Origin: Candidatus Latescibacterota bacterium | GTDB lineage: Bacteria; Latescibacterota; UBA2968; UBA8231 | Direction of reading: 5' to 3' | Assembly (NCBI GenBank): GCA_965203175.1 | Contig: OZ241867.1 | Location: forward strand, 1,888,001 to 1,952,000 | DNA: 64,000 bases | Shown: positions 40,620 through 50,092 of the stretch, piece after piece | Position numbering within the stretch: position 1 is the stretch's first letter | Layout: every line of letters begins with the position of its first letter | Position numbers and translations under genes: made by a program | The notes under the pieces: generated by a model | What the model saw: only the letters and a program-made list of their open reading frames with translations | Told to the model about the DNA's origin: nothing | The model's database searches: none

Positions 40620-41426
40620 ATGCTTTTCACCGACGCCCAAATCGAACACTACAAAACCCAGGGCTATCTGTCCGGCCCGCGCGTTCTATCCGACGAGCAG
40701 ATCAGCGCGCTCACGGAACGCATCGACGACATTCTCCACGGTCGCATCCCCTTCCCCAAACACCTGATGGGCGAAACCGTCGAGCAGTCCCGGGCCAAGG
40801 GTCAACTACCCTCAGTTAAGGTGGTCAACATCTTCCGCCGCGACCCGACCTTTGCCGCTCTCATAGACAACTCGACCATCAGCGCCCTGGCACACCAGCT
40901 CATGTCCGGCCCGGTGCGCATGTGGGAAGACCAGATGATCTACAAGCCGGCCTACGACGCGGAAACCGCCTTGGCCTGGCACCAAGACTACACCTTTTGG
41001 AATCACGTTGGCCCAGCCGATATGGGCACCTGCTGGATTGCCCTAGACGACGCCACGGTCGATAACGGCTGCATGCACGTCATCCCGGGCAGCCACCTAT
41101 GGAGGATGCGCTATAACCGCGAAGACGCCGTGGTTGACGATCCGCACTGGCTGTTACAACAGGAGGGCATTCCCGCCGGGGCCGACCTCACTCCAGTGCC
41201 CTGCGAGGTCAAAGCCGGGCACTGCCACTTCCACCACTGCCGCACCTTCCACGGCTCATACGGCAACAAGACCGACAACCCACGGCGCAGCTATATCATG
41301 CATCTCATGCCCGGCTACACTCGGCGCTTGGGCGACAATTGGAACGAGCGCATGGGCAACGTCGAAACCGTCGGCGTGGGCGAAGTTCTCCAAGGGGCGG
41401 ACTACCCAGAGCTGATAGCCGTGTGA
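40620..41426 (+). CDS. PhyH-family Fe(II)/2OG dioxygenase
   Basis: WHQD, WIALDDA..DNG, PGSH, FHGS..N...RR. Start at ATG 40620. Confidence 0.9.
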   Translation: MLFTDAQIEHYKTQGYLSGPRVLSDEQISALTERIDDILHGRIPFPKHLMGETVEQSRAKGQLPSVKVVNIFRRDPTFAALIDNSTISALAHQLMSGPVRMWEDQMIYKPAYDAETALAWHQDYTFWNHVGPADMGTCWIALDDATVDNGCMHVIPGSHLWRMRYNREDAVVDDPHWLLQQEGIPAGADLTPVPCEVKAGHCHFHHCRTFHGSYGNKTDNPRRSYIMHLMPGYTRRLGDNWNERMGNVETVGVGEVLQGADYPELIAV

Positions 41427-41435
41427 AAAGCTTCC

Positions 41436-42158
41436 CTAGGCAAAGGGAAAGGTGCCGTCGTACCCCCTAGGCCGCGACACGTGCCAGACGCCCTCGTGCA
41501 TGGGCGTCATCTGGTAGTGGCACACCACATTGCTGCGTTCCATATCGTCGCGCTCTTTGGCTCCTTGGTGCGGTATGTGGCTCAAAAAGACGACGCAGTC
41601 GCCCGCCTTGGGGTAGAGGACGACGTGCTCCTGGGCGTCACACCAAGCCGCGAATTTGGGGCGGTCCTTGGGGTAGAGATGGGGAGGCTCCTGCAAATGG
41701 CCGTTTTTGACGTATTTGAGGTGGCCGTCTCCCGGCCCGTTGTCCTGCAAGTAATAGGTCGTATTGACTCCTACGGGCTGGGCCGCCAAGCGGTATTGCT
41801 CGACTTGCCGCTTTTCTTCCCAATAGCCGTAGAAATCCATGTGCCACTCCTGTAGGTACGGCCCCGGATTGATGTGCGCCCGCAGGCTGCGTAGCTGGCA
41901 TTGCTTGCCCATCATGCCCTCCAAATAAGGACGCACGCTCGGATGGCCTACCAACGGGGCGAAGGTCTCAGGCTCGCGGTCCAAGAGCGAATCGAACCAC
42001 ATATTGCCCACGGCATTCAAGCCTTCCTCCCAACCCATTTCGCGCGCGTAGTCCACCCGCTGCCGCACCAATTCCGTCTCTTGGGGACTCAAGGCCCCTT
42101 CGATCAAGACATAGCCGTCGCGCTCCAACTGGTCTAGTTTATTCGCCACATCCTGCAT
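41436..42158 (-). CDS. PhyH-family Fe(II)/2OG dioxygenase
   Basis: RDGYVLIE, WHMD, AGDCVVF, PHQG...R. Start at ATG 42158. Confidence 0.82.
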   Translation of the reverse strand: MQDVANKLDQLERDGYVLIEGALSPQETELVRQRVDYAREMGWEEGLNAVGNMWFDSLLDREPETFAPLVGHPSVRPYLEGMMGKQCQLRSLRAHINPGPYLQEWHMDFYGYWEEKRQVEQYRLAAQPVGVNTTYYLQDNGPGDGHLKYVKNGHLQEPPHLYPKDRPKFAAWCDAQEHVVLYPKAGDCVVFLSHIPHQGAKERDDMERSNVVCHYQMTPMHEGVWHVSRPRGYDGTFPFA

Positions 42159-42651
42159 TATTTCCATTCTCCTCTTCCTGTGGGTCGGCACTATCCTCGC
42201 CCGCTTCGACGGTGGATTTGTCGAGGGTGGTCAAGGCACCTTCCCAAGGGTTAATGACGTCAACGTCTATATCTGCGAAGTCCCCGACGTTCCGCGTCGC
42301 AACAGAGAGATCATGAACTTTGGCTGTCCCGGCGATCAGCGCATCTCCCAAGTCCAGCACGCGACCACAGCGATGCGCCTGCGCCCGGAATTGGGCCGCC
42401 CGCTCTGCCCCGGTCCTCTCCAAGGGCAAGATGCGATCCTCATACGCCGCAATGAACTCTGACAGCACCGACCGCAACCCGTCGCGACGTTGTCCCGGCG
42501 GCAGCAGTTGCAAGCCGAATTCCAACTCATGCAACACTAGCGCGGATAACCACAAGTCGTCTTGTTCGGTCAGGAATGCGACAACCCGCTGATTGGGCGC
42601 GTCTTTCGTCAACTCCGAGACCACATTGGTGTCTAGCAGAAACCCGCTCAC
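42139..42651 (-). CDS. vapC: VapC PIN-domain toxin with C-terminal read-through tail
   Basis: LLDTNVVSE, EL..G, DALIAGTA, ATRN..DF, INPW. Confidence 0.9.
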   Translation of the reverse strand: MSGFLLDTNVVSELTKDAPNQRVVAFLTEQDDLWLSALVLHELEFGLQLLPPGQRRDGLRSVLSEFIAAYEDRILPLERTGAERAAQFRAQAHRCGRVLDLGDALIAGTAKVHDLSVATRNVGDFADIDVDVINPWEGALTTLDKSTVEAGEDSADPQEEENGNNAGCGE

Positions 42652-42932
42652 CCTGTGTCTCCAGACGCGAATGGGATTTCCCGCCGGGACTCTCTATTTC
42701 TGGTGGTCTCAAGGTTCGCGCCACGGGGCATGTTGGCTACCAGCCACTGGCCCATGGGTTGGCGCTGCGATTCTTTCTCGGCCCATACGTGGGCGGGAAC
42801 TACAACGAAGGACTTCCGCGTACCGATGTGTTGAGGCCCTTCCTCTTCGGCACGACGCAGGACTTCAGACAAACGCGCCTTGGCCTCGGCGACGGTCCAA
42901 ACGCGATGGGGTGCTGAGTATCGGGTGGTCAT
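42648..42932 (-). CDS. Phd/YefM-family antitoxin
   Basis: WTVAEAKARLSEV...EGPQHI. GTGA overlap with vapC. Start at ATG 42932. Confidence 0.85.
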   Translation of the reverse strand: MTTRYSAPHRVWTVAEAKARLSEVLRRAEEEGPQHIGTRKSFVVVPAHVWAEKESQRQPMGQWLVANMPRGANLETTRNRESRREIPFASGDTG

Positions 42933-42955
42933 AGTTCCTCTAGCTGGGTTGCTGT

Positions 42956-42980
42956 TATAGTCCAATATAGACTATATTGG
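42956..42980. promoter_or_regulatory. Palindromic operator upstream of the antitoxin-vapC pair
   Basis: CCAATATAG-A-CTATATTGG (42962-42980) overlapping TATAGTC-N7-GACTATA (42956-42976). Confidence 0.65.
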
Positions 42981-43014
42981 CTGTCGCATCAATGCTTTGT
43001 TGCGATCTGAGCGC

Positions 43015-43818
43015 TCAAGGAACGGCGGGCAGTTCGAAGTACCCAAGCTCAGCCATGCGCCGCAGCCAGCGCCCTCGCTTGAGGCTACCGGAAGGGTTCC
43101 GCAGCCATTCGAGTGGGTACATAGACTGTTCCGATCTCCCGAAGTGCGCGGGTGTCTTCTTTGAGTTGACGGCGCGTTCACGAGTAGCGGCCTCTTCGAC
43201 TTCGCCCTTGGGATTGTTGTAGTACACACAGGTGCACATGCGGCGGCCCGCAGCGCCGCCACTACTGGCGTGCCAGCAGCGCATGTCAAAGGCCACCACA
43301 TCGCCCGGTTCCGACTGGCAAACGTAGGCGGGGACGTCGGCCACGTCGAGCTCGAGGGTGTTCAGGGAGTCGTGCAACTGATCGTGGAACTCGCGCCGGT
43401 GCGAACCGGGGATGAGCCGCAGGGCGCCGCTCTCGGCATCGACCGGATCGAGGTAGAAGGCGAACTTGACGCCGAAACAATCCGCGGATGGATCGGCCCT
43501 ATGATCGGGATGCCAGCCCGTATCGCCGACATAGCGGTTGGCATCGGTGCCGATGCCGATGACGTCGTCGCCGTAGAGCTGCTCGGCCACGCCGCATAAG
43601 CGTTCGTCTTCGAGCAGGCTGGCGTACAGAGGGGTGCGCGGGTGCAGCATCATCGTCCAGTAGCGCGTCTCCCCCGTGAAGGGCTGATCGGCGTACACGT
43701 GATCTAGCTCGGTCTCGTACTCCTGGCTCAGGACCTCGACCTCTTCCGGGGTGAACAGCTTGTGCAGGGTGACGAAGCCGAAGGTTCGGAAGTGATGCAG
43801 TTGCTGGTCGGTCAACAT
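43015..43818 (-). CDS. PhyH-family Fe(II)/2OG dioxygenase
   Basis: F.TFGF, WHPD, IPGSH, PGDVVAFD..CWHAS...RR. Start at ATG 43818. Confidence 0.88.
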   Translation of the reverse strand: MLTDQQLHHFRTFGFVTLHKLFTPEEVEVLSQEYETELDHVYADQPFTGETRYWTMMLHPRTPLYASLLEDERLCGVAEQLYGDDVIGIGTDANRYVGDTGWHPDHRADPSADCFGVKFAFYLDPVDAESGALRLIPGSHRREFHDQLHDSLNTLELDVADVPAYVCQSEPGDVVAFDMRCWHASSGGAAGRRMCTCVYYNNPKGEVEEAATRERAVNSKKTPAHFGRSEQSMYPLEWLRNPSGSLKRGRWLRRMAELGYFELPAVP

Positions 43819-43979
43819 GGGGTTCCTCCGATGCGCTAATGCGGCCATTGGAAAGGGTTGTCGTGTGCTTGGGCCAAATTAGAACGCATCCCCCGGTTGG
43901 GCAAGTTCAGTCCTTGATCCAGCTACCGATGACACCTTATTCTTCCCATTCACACCCCCTTCGCGGCATGGAGTGAGAA

Positions 43980-45125
43980 TTGATCGTCGACAGCAAAAAA
44001 CTGCTGGATGCAGGCTACCTCATCGTTCCCGAGTGCGTCCCACCAGATCGACTGGAGTCGATGCGGACGCACTGCGAGCAGATGGTGGAGCGGCACAAGA
44101 CGTGGTGGGCAGAACAACGCACCCCGGACCAACCGCCGGGCGGCGAATGGGAGGTCGGCAAGCAGCCGCGCGTCCTGTTCGACAGGGTGATCGACCGTCA
44201 GAATCACGAGTCGGTGGAGTTCCTGTTTCACGAGAACACGTACGGCATCAGCAAGCAGATCATGCAGACCGAAGACGTGGTGCCAACGCAGTTCGGCATG
44301 TTCTGCAACCCGCGCATTGACCACGGGCCGTCAGACTGGCATCGCGACATCAGCCCGCCGGCACACGGTCCGGTCGAAGCCTACTACACCGACTTCCTCA
44401 ACAACCCCCCGTGTTACACACAGTGGAACATCGCCCTGTACGACGACGACGTCTTCTGGCTGGTACCAGGGAGCCATCGCCGCTTCAATACGGCAACCGA
44501 AAACCAACAGCTATCCATTAGCGAGCACGCGCCCATTGACGGCGGTATGCCGATCGAACTCCGAGCTGGCGACGGCATCGTCTATCTCACGCCGATTCTG
44601 CATTGGGGCAGCAACTACAGCGCGAAATTGAGACGGACCATCCAATTTGCGTACCGCGCCTTCAACAACGGCAGCCTCACCGGAGCCTACGTCGTTCACT
44701 GGCCATCGGATATCGCCGATAGGCTGCCAGAACATCTAGCAGCCCGGTTCCGGCATTTCGGCGAGTTGCTGGCCACAGAACACGACACCATGGAGCGCAT
44801 GTTCCGCGCGATGATAGCCAGAGACGACGAGACGTTTCTCGAAGGGCTTGCCGAACTTCATTCGGGTGCCGTGGGCAAGATGTCCTGCGTGGTGCAGCTA
44901 TCCAAGGTGGCGAAAGGCTCTGTTCTCCGCACCCGAGGTCCGGTCGGCAGCCGCTTTACCCAGGAGGAAGCAGACCTTCTGTGGCAGCGTTTCGCCGAGT
45001 TCGACCGGCTCCTTCAAGTGGACGAGCCGCATCTCGTCCCCGGTTTCCAGTGCAAGGAGCCCACCACGTACCGCTTTGAGGAAATGCCGGCGATGGACGT
45101 CGACGAATTCATCGCGAGTTGGTAA
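43980..45125 (+). CDS. PhyH-family dioxygenase with helical C-terminal extension
   Basis: WHRD, VPGSH, AGDG, LHWG...RR. TTG start after GGAG. Confidence 0.82.
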   Translation: MIVDSKKLLDAGYLIVPECVPPDRLESMRTHCEQMVERHKTWWAEQRTPDQPPGGEWEVGKQPRVLFDRVIDRQNHESVEFLFHENTYGISKQIMQTEDVVPTQFGMFCNPRIDHGPSDWHRDISPPAHGPVEAYYTDFLNNPPCYTQWNIALYDDDVFWLVPGSHRRFNTATENQQLSISEHAPIDGGMPIELRAGDGIVYLTPILHWGSNYSAKLRRTIQFAYRAFNNGSLTGAYVVHWPSDIADRLPEHLAARFRHFGELLATEHDTMERMFRAMIARDDETFLEGLAELHSGAVGKMSCVVQLSKVAKGSVLRTRGPVGSRFTQEEADLLWQRFAEFDRLLQVDEPHLVPGFQCKEPTTYRFEEMPAMDVDEFIASW

Positions 45126-45156
45126 AAGAATCGGCCCGCTCGTACCCATCACCTTC

Positions 45157-46032
45157 TTAGCAGACGGTGGCGGTTTGCATGGCTGCGAGCAAGTCGGCCG
45201 GGCTCATCAGAACACCCAGAACAGAGTGCTCGCTACCCCGTGGTATTTCCAGCCCGGTGGCGGTAGCCATTATGCCGTCAAAATCGCGCGTGGGGTGTAC
45301 GGGGATCTTGCGATTGGGTCGGTCGATGCTGAGATGGGCATACAAGGTGATCCCCAAGGGGCTTTCCAACATCACTTTACTAGGGTCCAGGTCTAGCCTG
45401 ATCTTGCCCGTGGCTCCTGCGTCAATCTTCCTGAACCCGTCGAGGAAGAGGCCGATCGGATAGCCCAGTGGACCGTCGAAGAGGTAACCTCGCGTGGCGC
45501 CGTCCGGGAGCAGAAAATGGGTCACCAACTCCGCTTTGCAAAGGAGGCGTTGGTCTGGCACCGTCATGTCAAAGTTGTCAAACGCCGGCGTCTTGAGACC
45601 GAGCTGTCGGCCGAGTGCGGTGCCGTAACTGTAGACACATCCAGTAAACGACTCGCCCCACAACTCCAACTCGGTGGTCTCGCAATCGAGCTGGTGACCC
45701 TTGTCGGCTAGCTGCGACGAGAACGAGTCGGTCAGATCCTGCCTGTACTGCTCGGGGTCGATCCCGTCATACCACTCGGCGCGGAGCTCGACAACGCGGT
45801 CGTCACCGAGTTGTTGCTTGGCATAGGCGAGGATTTCCCGACCCCCGTCGAGCTGAGCGTAAATCGCATCCGGCCCCAGTTGACGGATCGCCGCGCGCCA
45901 ACGTCGTTCGCACAGCAACTCGCGCTCGAGATATATCCCGGCGTTCGTGTTGCGCAAGGTTTTCGGATCAGTGGCGGCTAGGTCGCTGTAGAGCATTGAG
46001 TGAATCAGATAGACGATCTTTCTCACCTTCAT
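45157..46032 (-). CDS. Hypothetical protein
   Basis: Long ORF filling the gap with globular composition. GGAG before ATG 46032. No family recognised. Confidence 0.6.
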   Translation of the reverse strand: MKVRKIVYLIHSMLYSDLAATDPKTLRNTNAGIYLERELLCERRWRAAIRQLGPDAIYAQLDGGREILAYAKQQLGDDRVVELRAEWYDGIDPEQYRQDLTDSFSSQLADKGHQLDCETTELELWGESFTGCVYSYGTALGRQLGLKTPAFDNFDMTVPDQRLLCKAELVTHFLLPDGATRGYLFDGPLGYPIGLFLDGFRKIDAGATGKIRLDLDPSKVMLESPLGITLYAHLSIDRPNRKIPVHPTRDFDGIMATATGLEIPRGSEHSVLGVLMSPADLLAAMQTATVC

Positions 46033-46207
46033 TGACGCAGTCTCCAATTATCGCTAATACCGTCGCTTCCCTTCTCACCACTGTATAGCGAATCAAGGTG
46101 CTCATGTCCACCTCTCGTCAGGCACGTCGGCAATTTGTCTCGTCCCGACTCGATGCCTACTTTAACGCCGCAGACGCACGGAGAAATCACTCCCGAGGAG
46201 ACGAAAA

Positions 46208-46606
46208 ATGGCCAAGCGAACATCGCTGCGTCCGGCCGGGTGGACCTGGGCGGACAATCTGAGCCACGACATAGGAATCCAGATCGACGACACCATCTGG
46301 GTATCGGGCATGGTGGCCTTTGATCCCGAGGGCCATATCGTCGGGCAAGGGGATATGCGGGCCCAGGCGGACCAGGTCTTCGCCAATATCGCCGCAGTAC
46401 TGGCCGAGGCCGGCGCAACCTTGGACGACGTGGTCAAAATTACCGCCTGGCTGACCGATATGAGTCAGTACTCGGGCTACAACGACGCCCGGGCCGCGGC
46501 CTTCACCAGTCGCCTGCCTGCTAGCGCCACCGTGCACTCACCCCAGTTGGTGCGCGACGGTCTGCTGGTCGAGGTCGAGGCCGTGGCTGTGCTCGGTGCC
46601 GACTAG
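46208..46606 (+). CDS. RidA/YjgF/UK114 family protein
   Basis: WVSG, QVFANI.AVL.EAG..LDDVVK, PASA, LVEVEA. GAGGAG RBS. Confidence 0.9.
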   Translation: MAKRTSLRPAGWTWADNLSHDIGIQIDDTIWVSGMVAFDPEGHIVGQGDMRAQADQVFANIAAVLAEAGATLDDVVKITAWLTDMSQYSGYNDARAAAFTSRLPASATVHSPQLVRDGLLVEVEAVAVLGAD

Positions 46607-46671
46607 TCGCGCAGAGATTCTTCATTTCGCCGTGCGATGCACGAGTATGCCTCTCCCAAGATCCTCTTTCA

Positions 46672-46782
46672 AGCTAGCCAGACAAAGGATCTTGATCATT
46701 CCCTATTCAGCTAACTCCCCTTTTTTCAACAAAGCCGGCTCCACATCTCGAGCTCGCCAGACAAAAGGCCTTGATCATTCCC
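46672..46782. repeat. 32-bp imperfect direct repeat (46672-46703 / 46751-46782) at the 3' end of the XRE gene
   Basis: agctagccagacaaaggatcttgatcattccc vs agctcgccagacaaaaggccttgatcattccc, 28/32 identical. Confidence 0.85.
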
Positions 46783-47471
46783 ACCAGAAGTAATCCGTCA
46801 TTCTCTTGCAACCGATAGCCATCCTTGTCTTGCACCAACAGCCCCGCTTCAATCAGTTTGTCAAGTACATCCGCCAGTGCCTGCGAAGACTCGGCCAGAT
46901 CTGCTGCCAACAGTGCAGCAAACTTTTTAGGGCCTCTCAGCAGGAAGAAAACGAGGGGCCAGCACTCGGGCGCGAAGAGGGTGCGAAGAATATCCATCAT
47001 ATCGGCCGATGGGGTGTCGTCTTCCAAAGCGTCGCCGCTAGCAAAGCATACTAAGCCGCTGCTACTCCAAAAGCTGAATCCCACAAGTCCCTTATCCGAA
47101 TCCGACAGTTGATAGGAGATATTCTTATTCCGGTTCCTCATATCATAGGGAGGAATTAGAAATCCTAGTGCCGTCATCAGAGCGGCGTGTCGTTCTTCTT
47201 CGTTTCTGAGGTCGCTAATGCGCTGACCCAATTTGGTGCCGAGCGTTTCAATGCCGAGTTCACTGTCAATTCCCAACAGCGCATCGGCCGAAGTGCCCAG
47301 CGTTTTGCACAAGGCTGGAAACGTCCCAATATCGGGCAGCGACTCGCCGTTCTCCCACTTGGAAACGGCCTGCGGACTAACAAATAGGTCGTTCCCCAGT
47401 TGTTCCTGTGTGAGTCCCTGCTGCTTCCGTCGCTCCTGTATCCTTTGTCCAAGCTCTACTGGGTCAATCAT
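46707..47471 (-). CDS. XRE-family HTH transcriptional regulator with possible C-terminal winged helix
   Basis: GLTQEQL...VSPQAVSKWENG.S.PD. AAGGAG RBS. Confidence 0.88.
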   Translation of the reverse strand: MIDPVELGQRIQERRKQQGLTQEQLGNDLFVSPQAVSKWENGESLPDIGTFPALCKTLGTSADALLGIDSELGIETLGTKLGQRISDLRNEEERHAALMTALGFLIPPYDMRNRNKNISYQLSDSDKGLVGFSFWSSSGLVCFASGDALEDDTPSADMMDILRTLFAPECWPLVFFLLRGPKKFAALLAADLAESSQALADVLDKLIEAGLLVQDKDGYRLQENDGLLLVGMIKAFCLASSRCGAGFVEKRGVS

Positions 47472-47515
47472 CGCGCGCTATCTCCTTTGTTTTGGGTATG
47501 TACAGCACACTGCTA

Positions 47516-47610
47516 TCAAGCGATGGTTGTTGTTGTCTGCACAACCAAAATAGCGCATTTACCCATTTGTCGGCATTGAGGAACGCGCAATCCGATCAAC
47601 TGCTGGTTGA
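47516..47610. promoter_or_regulatory. Two related 15-bp putative operators upstream of the XRE gene
   Basis: TCAAGCGATGGTTGT (47516-47530) and TCAACTGCTGGTTGA (47596-47610, TCAAC-N5-GTTGA palindrome). Confidence 0.5.
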
Positions 47611-47624
47611 GCTTTTCCCCTAGA

Positions 47625-49025
47625 TCAGAGAAGCGGCCGTTCGTGGCTCCAGGGGGCGAGCTGTTCGAAGGCACGGGCGGCGCGCAACACGGTGAGGTCC
47701 TGCCGCCAGCCGCCGATAATTTGCAGGCCCACGGGCAGGCCATCGACGCGGCCGCAGGGCACACTGGCAGCGGGCAGGCCGGTGAGGTTTACCGGGTAGG
47801 TGAAGGCCGTCCAGCTCAGGTAGGTAGTAGCGCGGCCGGCGACCGAGCCGGGGTGGTCGTCGCCAGCGGCAAAGGCGGTGACCGGCAGCGTCGGCGTCAG
47901 CAGCAGGTCGTAGTTCTCGTAAAACTCCCGCCATAGGTGGTAGTACGCGTTGCGCTCTATGTAAGCACCGGCCACATCCGTGCCTCGGAACTCAAACCCC
48001 TCTTCGACGACGGCGCGCAGGCCGGGATCGAGGCGATCGGCGATCTGGTCGAACTGGTCGCGGAAGTTGGCGGCGAAAGCCGTGGACCACAGAACGTGGA
48101 CGAGACGCCACGGATCTTCGCCAGCCGGGTGAGCCTCCTCAATGGTGCAACCGAGATCCGCGAAGCGACGGGCCGCCGCTTGTGCGGTCTCGACGACCTG
48201 GGCATCGACGGCCGCGTACCCTAGGTCGGGCGACCAGGCCACGCGCAGCCCGTCCACGCCAGCTTCGACCTCATCAAACGCCAACGGTTCCGCCGGCATC
48301 GAGGTGCGATCCCGTGCATCGGGGCCGAGCATGACCTCAAGCATCTGCACGGCGTCGCCGACGGTGCGGGTAATCGGCCCGGCGTGGGACAGGGTCTCCA
48401 CCACGCTAGCCGGATGCTGGGGTATCCGTCCCCAAGAGGGTTTGAAGCCGAAGGCCCCCGAGAAACCGGCCGGGATGCGGATCGAGCCAGCGCCGTCCGT
48501 GCCTTGGGCCAACACGCCCATGCCAGCGACCACGGCCGCCGCCGCTCCGCCGCTAGAGCCACCCGCCGTGCGTCCGTGCCGCCAAGGGTTGTGGGTTGGC
48601 CCAACGACGCGGTTGCCCGAATCGCCCTTCCAGCCGACCTCCGGCGTATTCGTCTTGCCGAGCAGCACCATTCCAGCATCGCGCAACCGTTCGGCGAGGG
48701 GCGCGTCAAAGTCCGGGATCCAGTCGGCAGTCAGCAGCGACCCCCGGGTGGTGCGAATCCCGCGCGTCGCCGTTAGATCCTTCAGCGAGCCGGGTATGCC
48801 GGCTAAAGGAGGCGGGTCCTCAGCGCTGGCAAAGGCGGCTTCGGCAGTGCGCGCTTCGGCCAAGGCCCGCTCCGGCGTGACCGTGACGAAGGCATTGAGC
48901 TTTGGGTCGAGTGTTTCGATGCGGCGCAGTACAGCTTCGGTGACCTCCACTGGGGACAGCTCGCGGCGCTCGTACAGGCGGCGCAGTTCAACGCCGGAGA
49001 GATAGCACAGATCGGTATCGTTCAT
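47625..49025 (-). CDS. Amidase signature family protein
   Basis: PLAGIP..KD, GKTNTPE, GGSSGG, GTDGAGSIRIPA. Start at ATG 49025. Confidence 0.9.
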   Translation of the reverse strand: MNDTDLCYLSGVELRRLYERRELSPVEVTEAVLRRIETLDPKLNAFVTVTPERALAEARTAEAAFASAEDPPPLAGIPGSLKDLTATRGIRTTRGSLLTADWIPDFDAPLAERLRDAGMVLLGKTNTPEVGWKGDSGNRVVGPTHNPWRHGRTAGGSSGGAAAAVVAGMGVLAQGTDGAGSIRIPAGFSGAFGFKPSWGRIPQHPASVVETLSHAGPITRTVGDAVQMLEVMLGPDARDRTSMPAEPLAFDEVEAGVDGLRVAWSPDLGYAAVDAQVVETAQAAARRFADLGCTIEEAHPAGEDPWRLVHVLWSTAFAANFRDQFDQIADRLDPGLRAVVEEGFEFRGTDVAGAYIERNAYYHLWREFYENYDLLLTPTLPVTAFAAGDDHPGSVAGRATTYLSWTAFTYPVNLTGLPAASVPCGRVDGLPVGLQIIGGWRQDLTVLRAARAFEQLAPWSHERPLL

Positions 49026-50011
49026 GCTTTGAGCTCCACTTCTCTGCCGAGGCGGGACGACTCCATACACGCCGTCAGCACCGCCACCATATGGCGGGCG
49101 TATTCAGCCGTCACCGGTGGCTCCGTTCCCGCGTCAATCGCCGCGACGAACGCGCCCAACTGCTGCGTCGTGGAGTGGTGGTCTTCGGTTACCTCAACCT
49201 GTTCCCACTCCCCGTCCCGGCCGATGAAGAGATCGTTCCTTCCCGAGTGGATTCCATTGCGCAGTTGGAGCATGCCGTCCGTGCAGACGAACTCCGTGCT
49301 AAAGCGACTCCCCCCCGTCCGCCACCACACGTGAATTAGCGTCGAGTACACGCCGTTTTCGAATTGCAAAAGCGCCATGGCCACATCGTCGGCTGAGAAC
49401 TCGAAGAACCGGCTGTCGATCAGGGCCTTGACGGCGACGACGCGACTGCCCGTCCACCAGCAGGAGCGGTCGATTAGGTGGATGCCGTTCTGATACCACA
49501 AGCCCCCGTGCGTCGCCTTGTCGAGGTACCAAGCCGGCCTGTTCGGGTTGAAGGGGCGGTAGGCCTCGTCGCAGAGACAGACCAGATCGCCCACGGCCTG
49601 CTCGTGCAGCAGCTTCTTCACGGCTCGGTTCGTCGGCGAGAAGCGGTGCATGTGGCCGACGGAAAGCTGGTTGCCGGTCCGCTGCGCGGCTGCGATCATG
49701 GCGTCGCACTCTTCCACGTTGACGGCCATTGGTTTTTCCACCAGCACGTGCTTGCCAGCCTCCAACGCGGCTACGGTTACTTCGCAGTGCAGGCCGTGGG
49801 GCAGGCAGACGATGACGAGGTCAACCCCGTCGTCCGCGAGCAGATCCTCATAGGAAGCGTAGCCCTGGCAGCCGTGTTCCGCGCAGACGCGGGCTAGGCG
49901 TTCCGCGTCGGCATCGGCAACCGCCTGCAAGTGCGTAGATTCAAGGGCCGCCACCGCTCGCAGATGTCCTGGGGATACGCTGCCAGCACCGATGATTCCG
50001 ACTCCGTGCAT
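49022..50011 (-). CDS. Gfo/Idh/MocA family oxidoreductase
   Basis: GIIGAG, GKHVLVEKPMA, GG....GIH.ID. Confidence 0.9.
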   Translation of the reverse strand: MHGVGIIGAGSVSPGHLRAVAALESTHLQAVADADAERLARVCAEHGCQGYASYEDLLADDGVDLVIVCLPHGLHCEVTVAALEAGKHVLVEKPMAVNVEECDAMIAAAQRTGNQLSVGHMHRFSPTNRAVKKLLHEQAVGDLVCLCDEAYRPFNPNRPAWYLDKATHGGLWYQNGIHLIDRSCWWTGSRVVAVKALIDSRFFEFSADDVAMALLQFENGVYSTLIHVWWRTGGSRFSTEFVCTDGMLQLRNGIHSGRNDLFIGRDGEWEQVEVTEDHHSTTQQLGAFVAAIDAGTEPPVTAEYARHMVAVLTACMESSRLGREVELKA

Positions 50012-50092
50012 TTCATCCTCGATTCAGAAGGACAGAAGTATAAAAGGGCATTTGAACCTTGGTCAACTTCGATGCCGGCGAGTTGTAATCCC

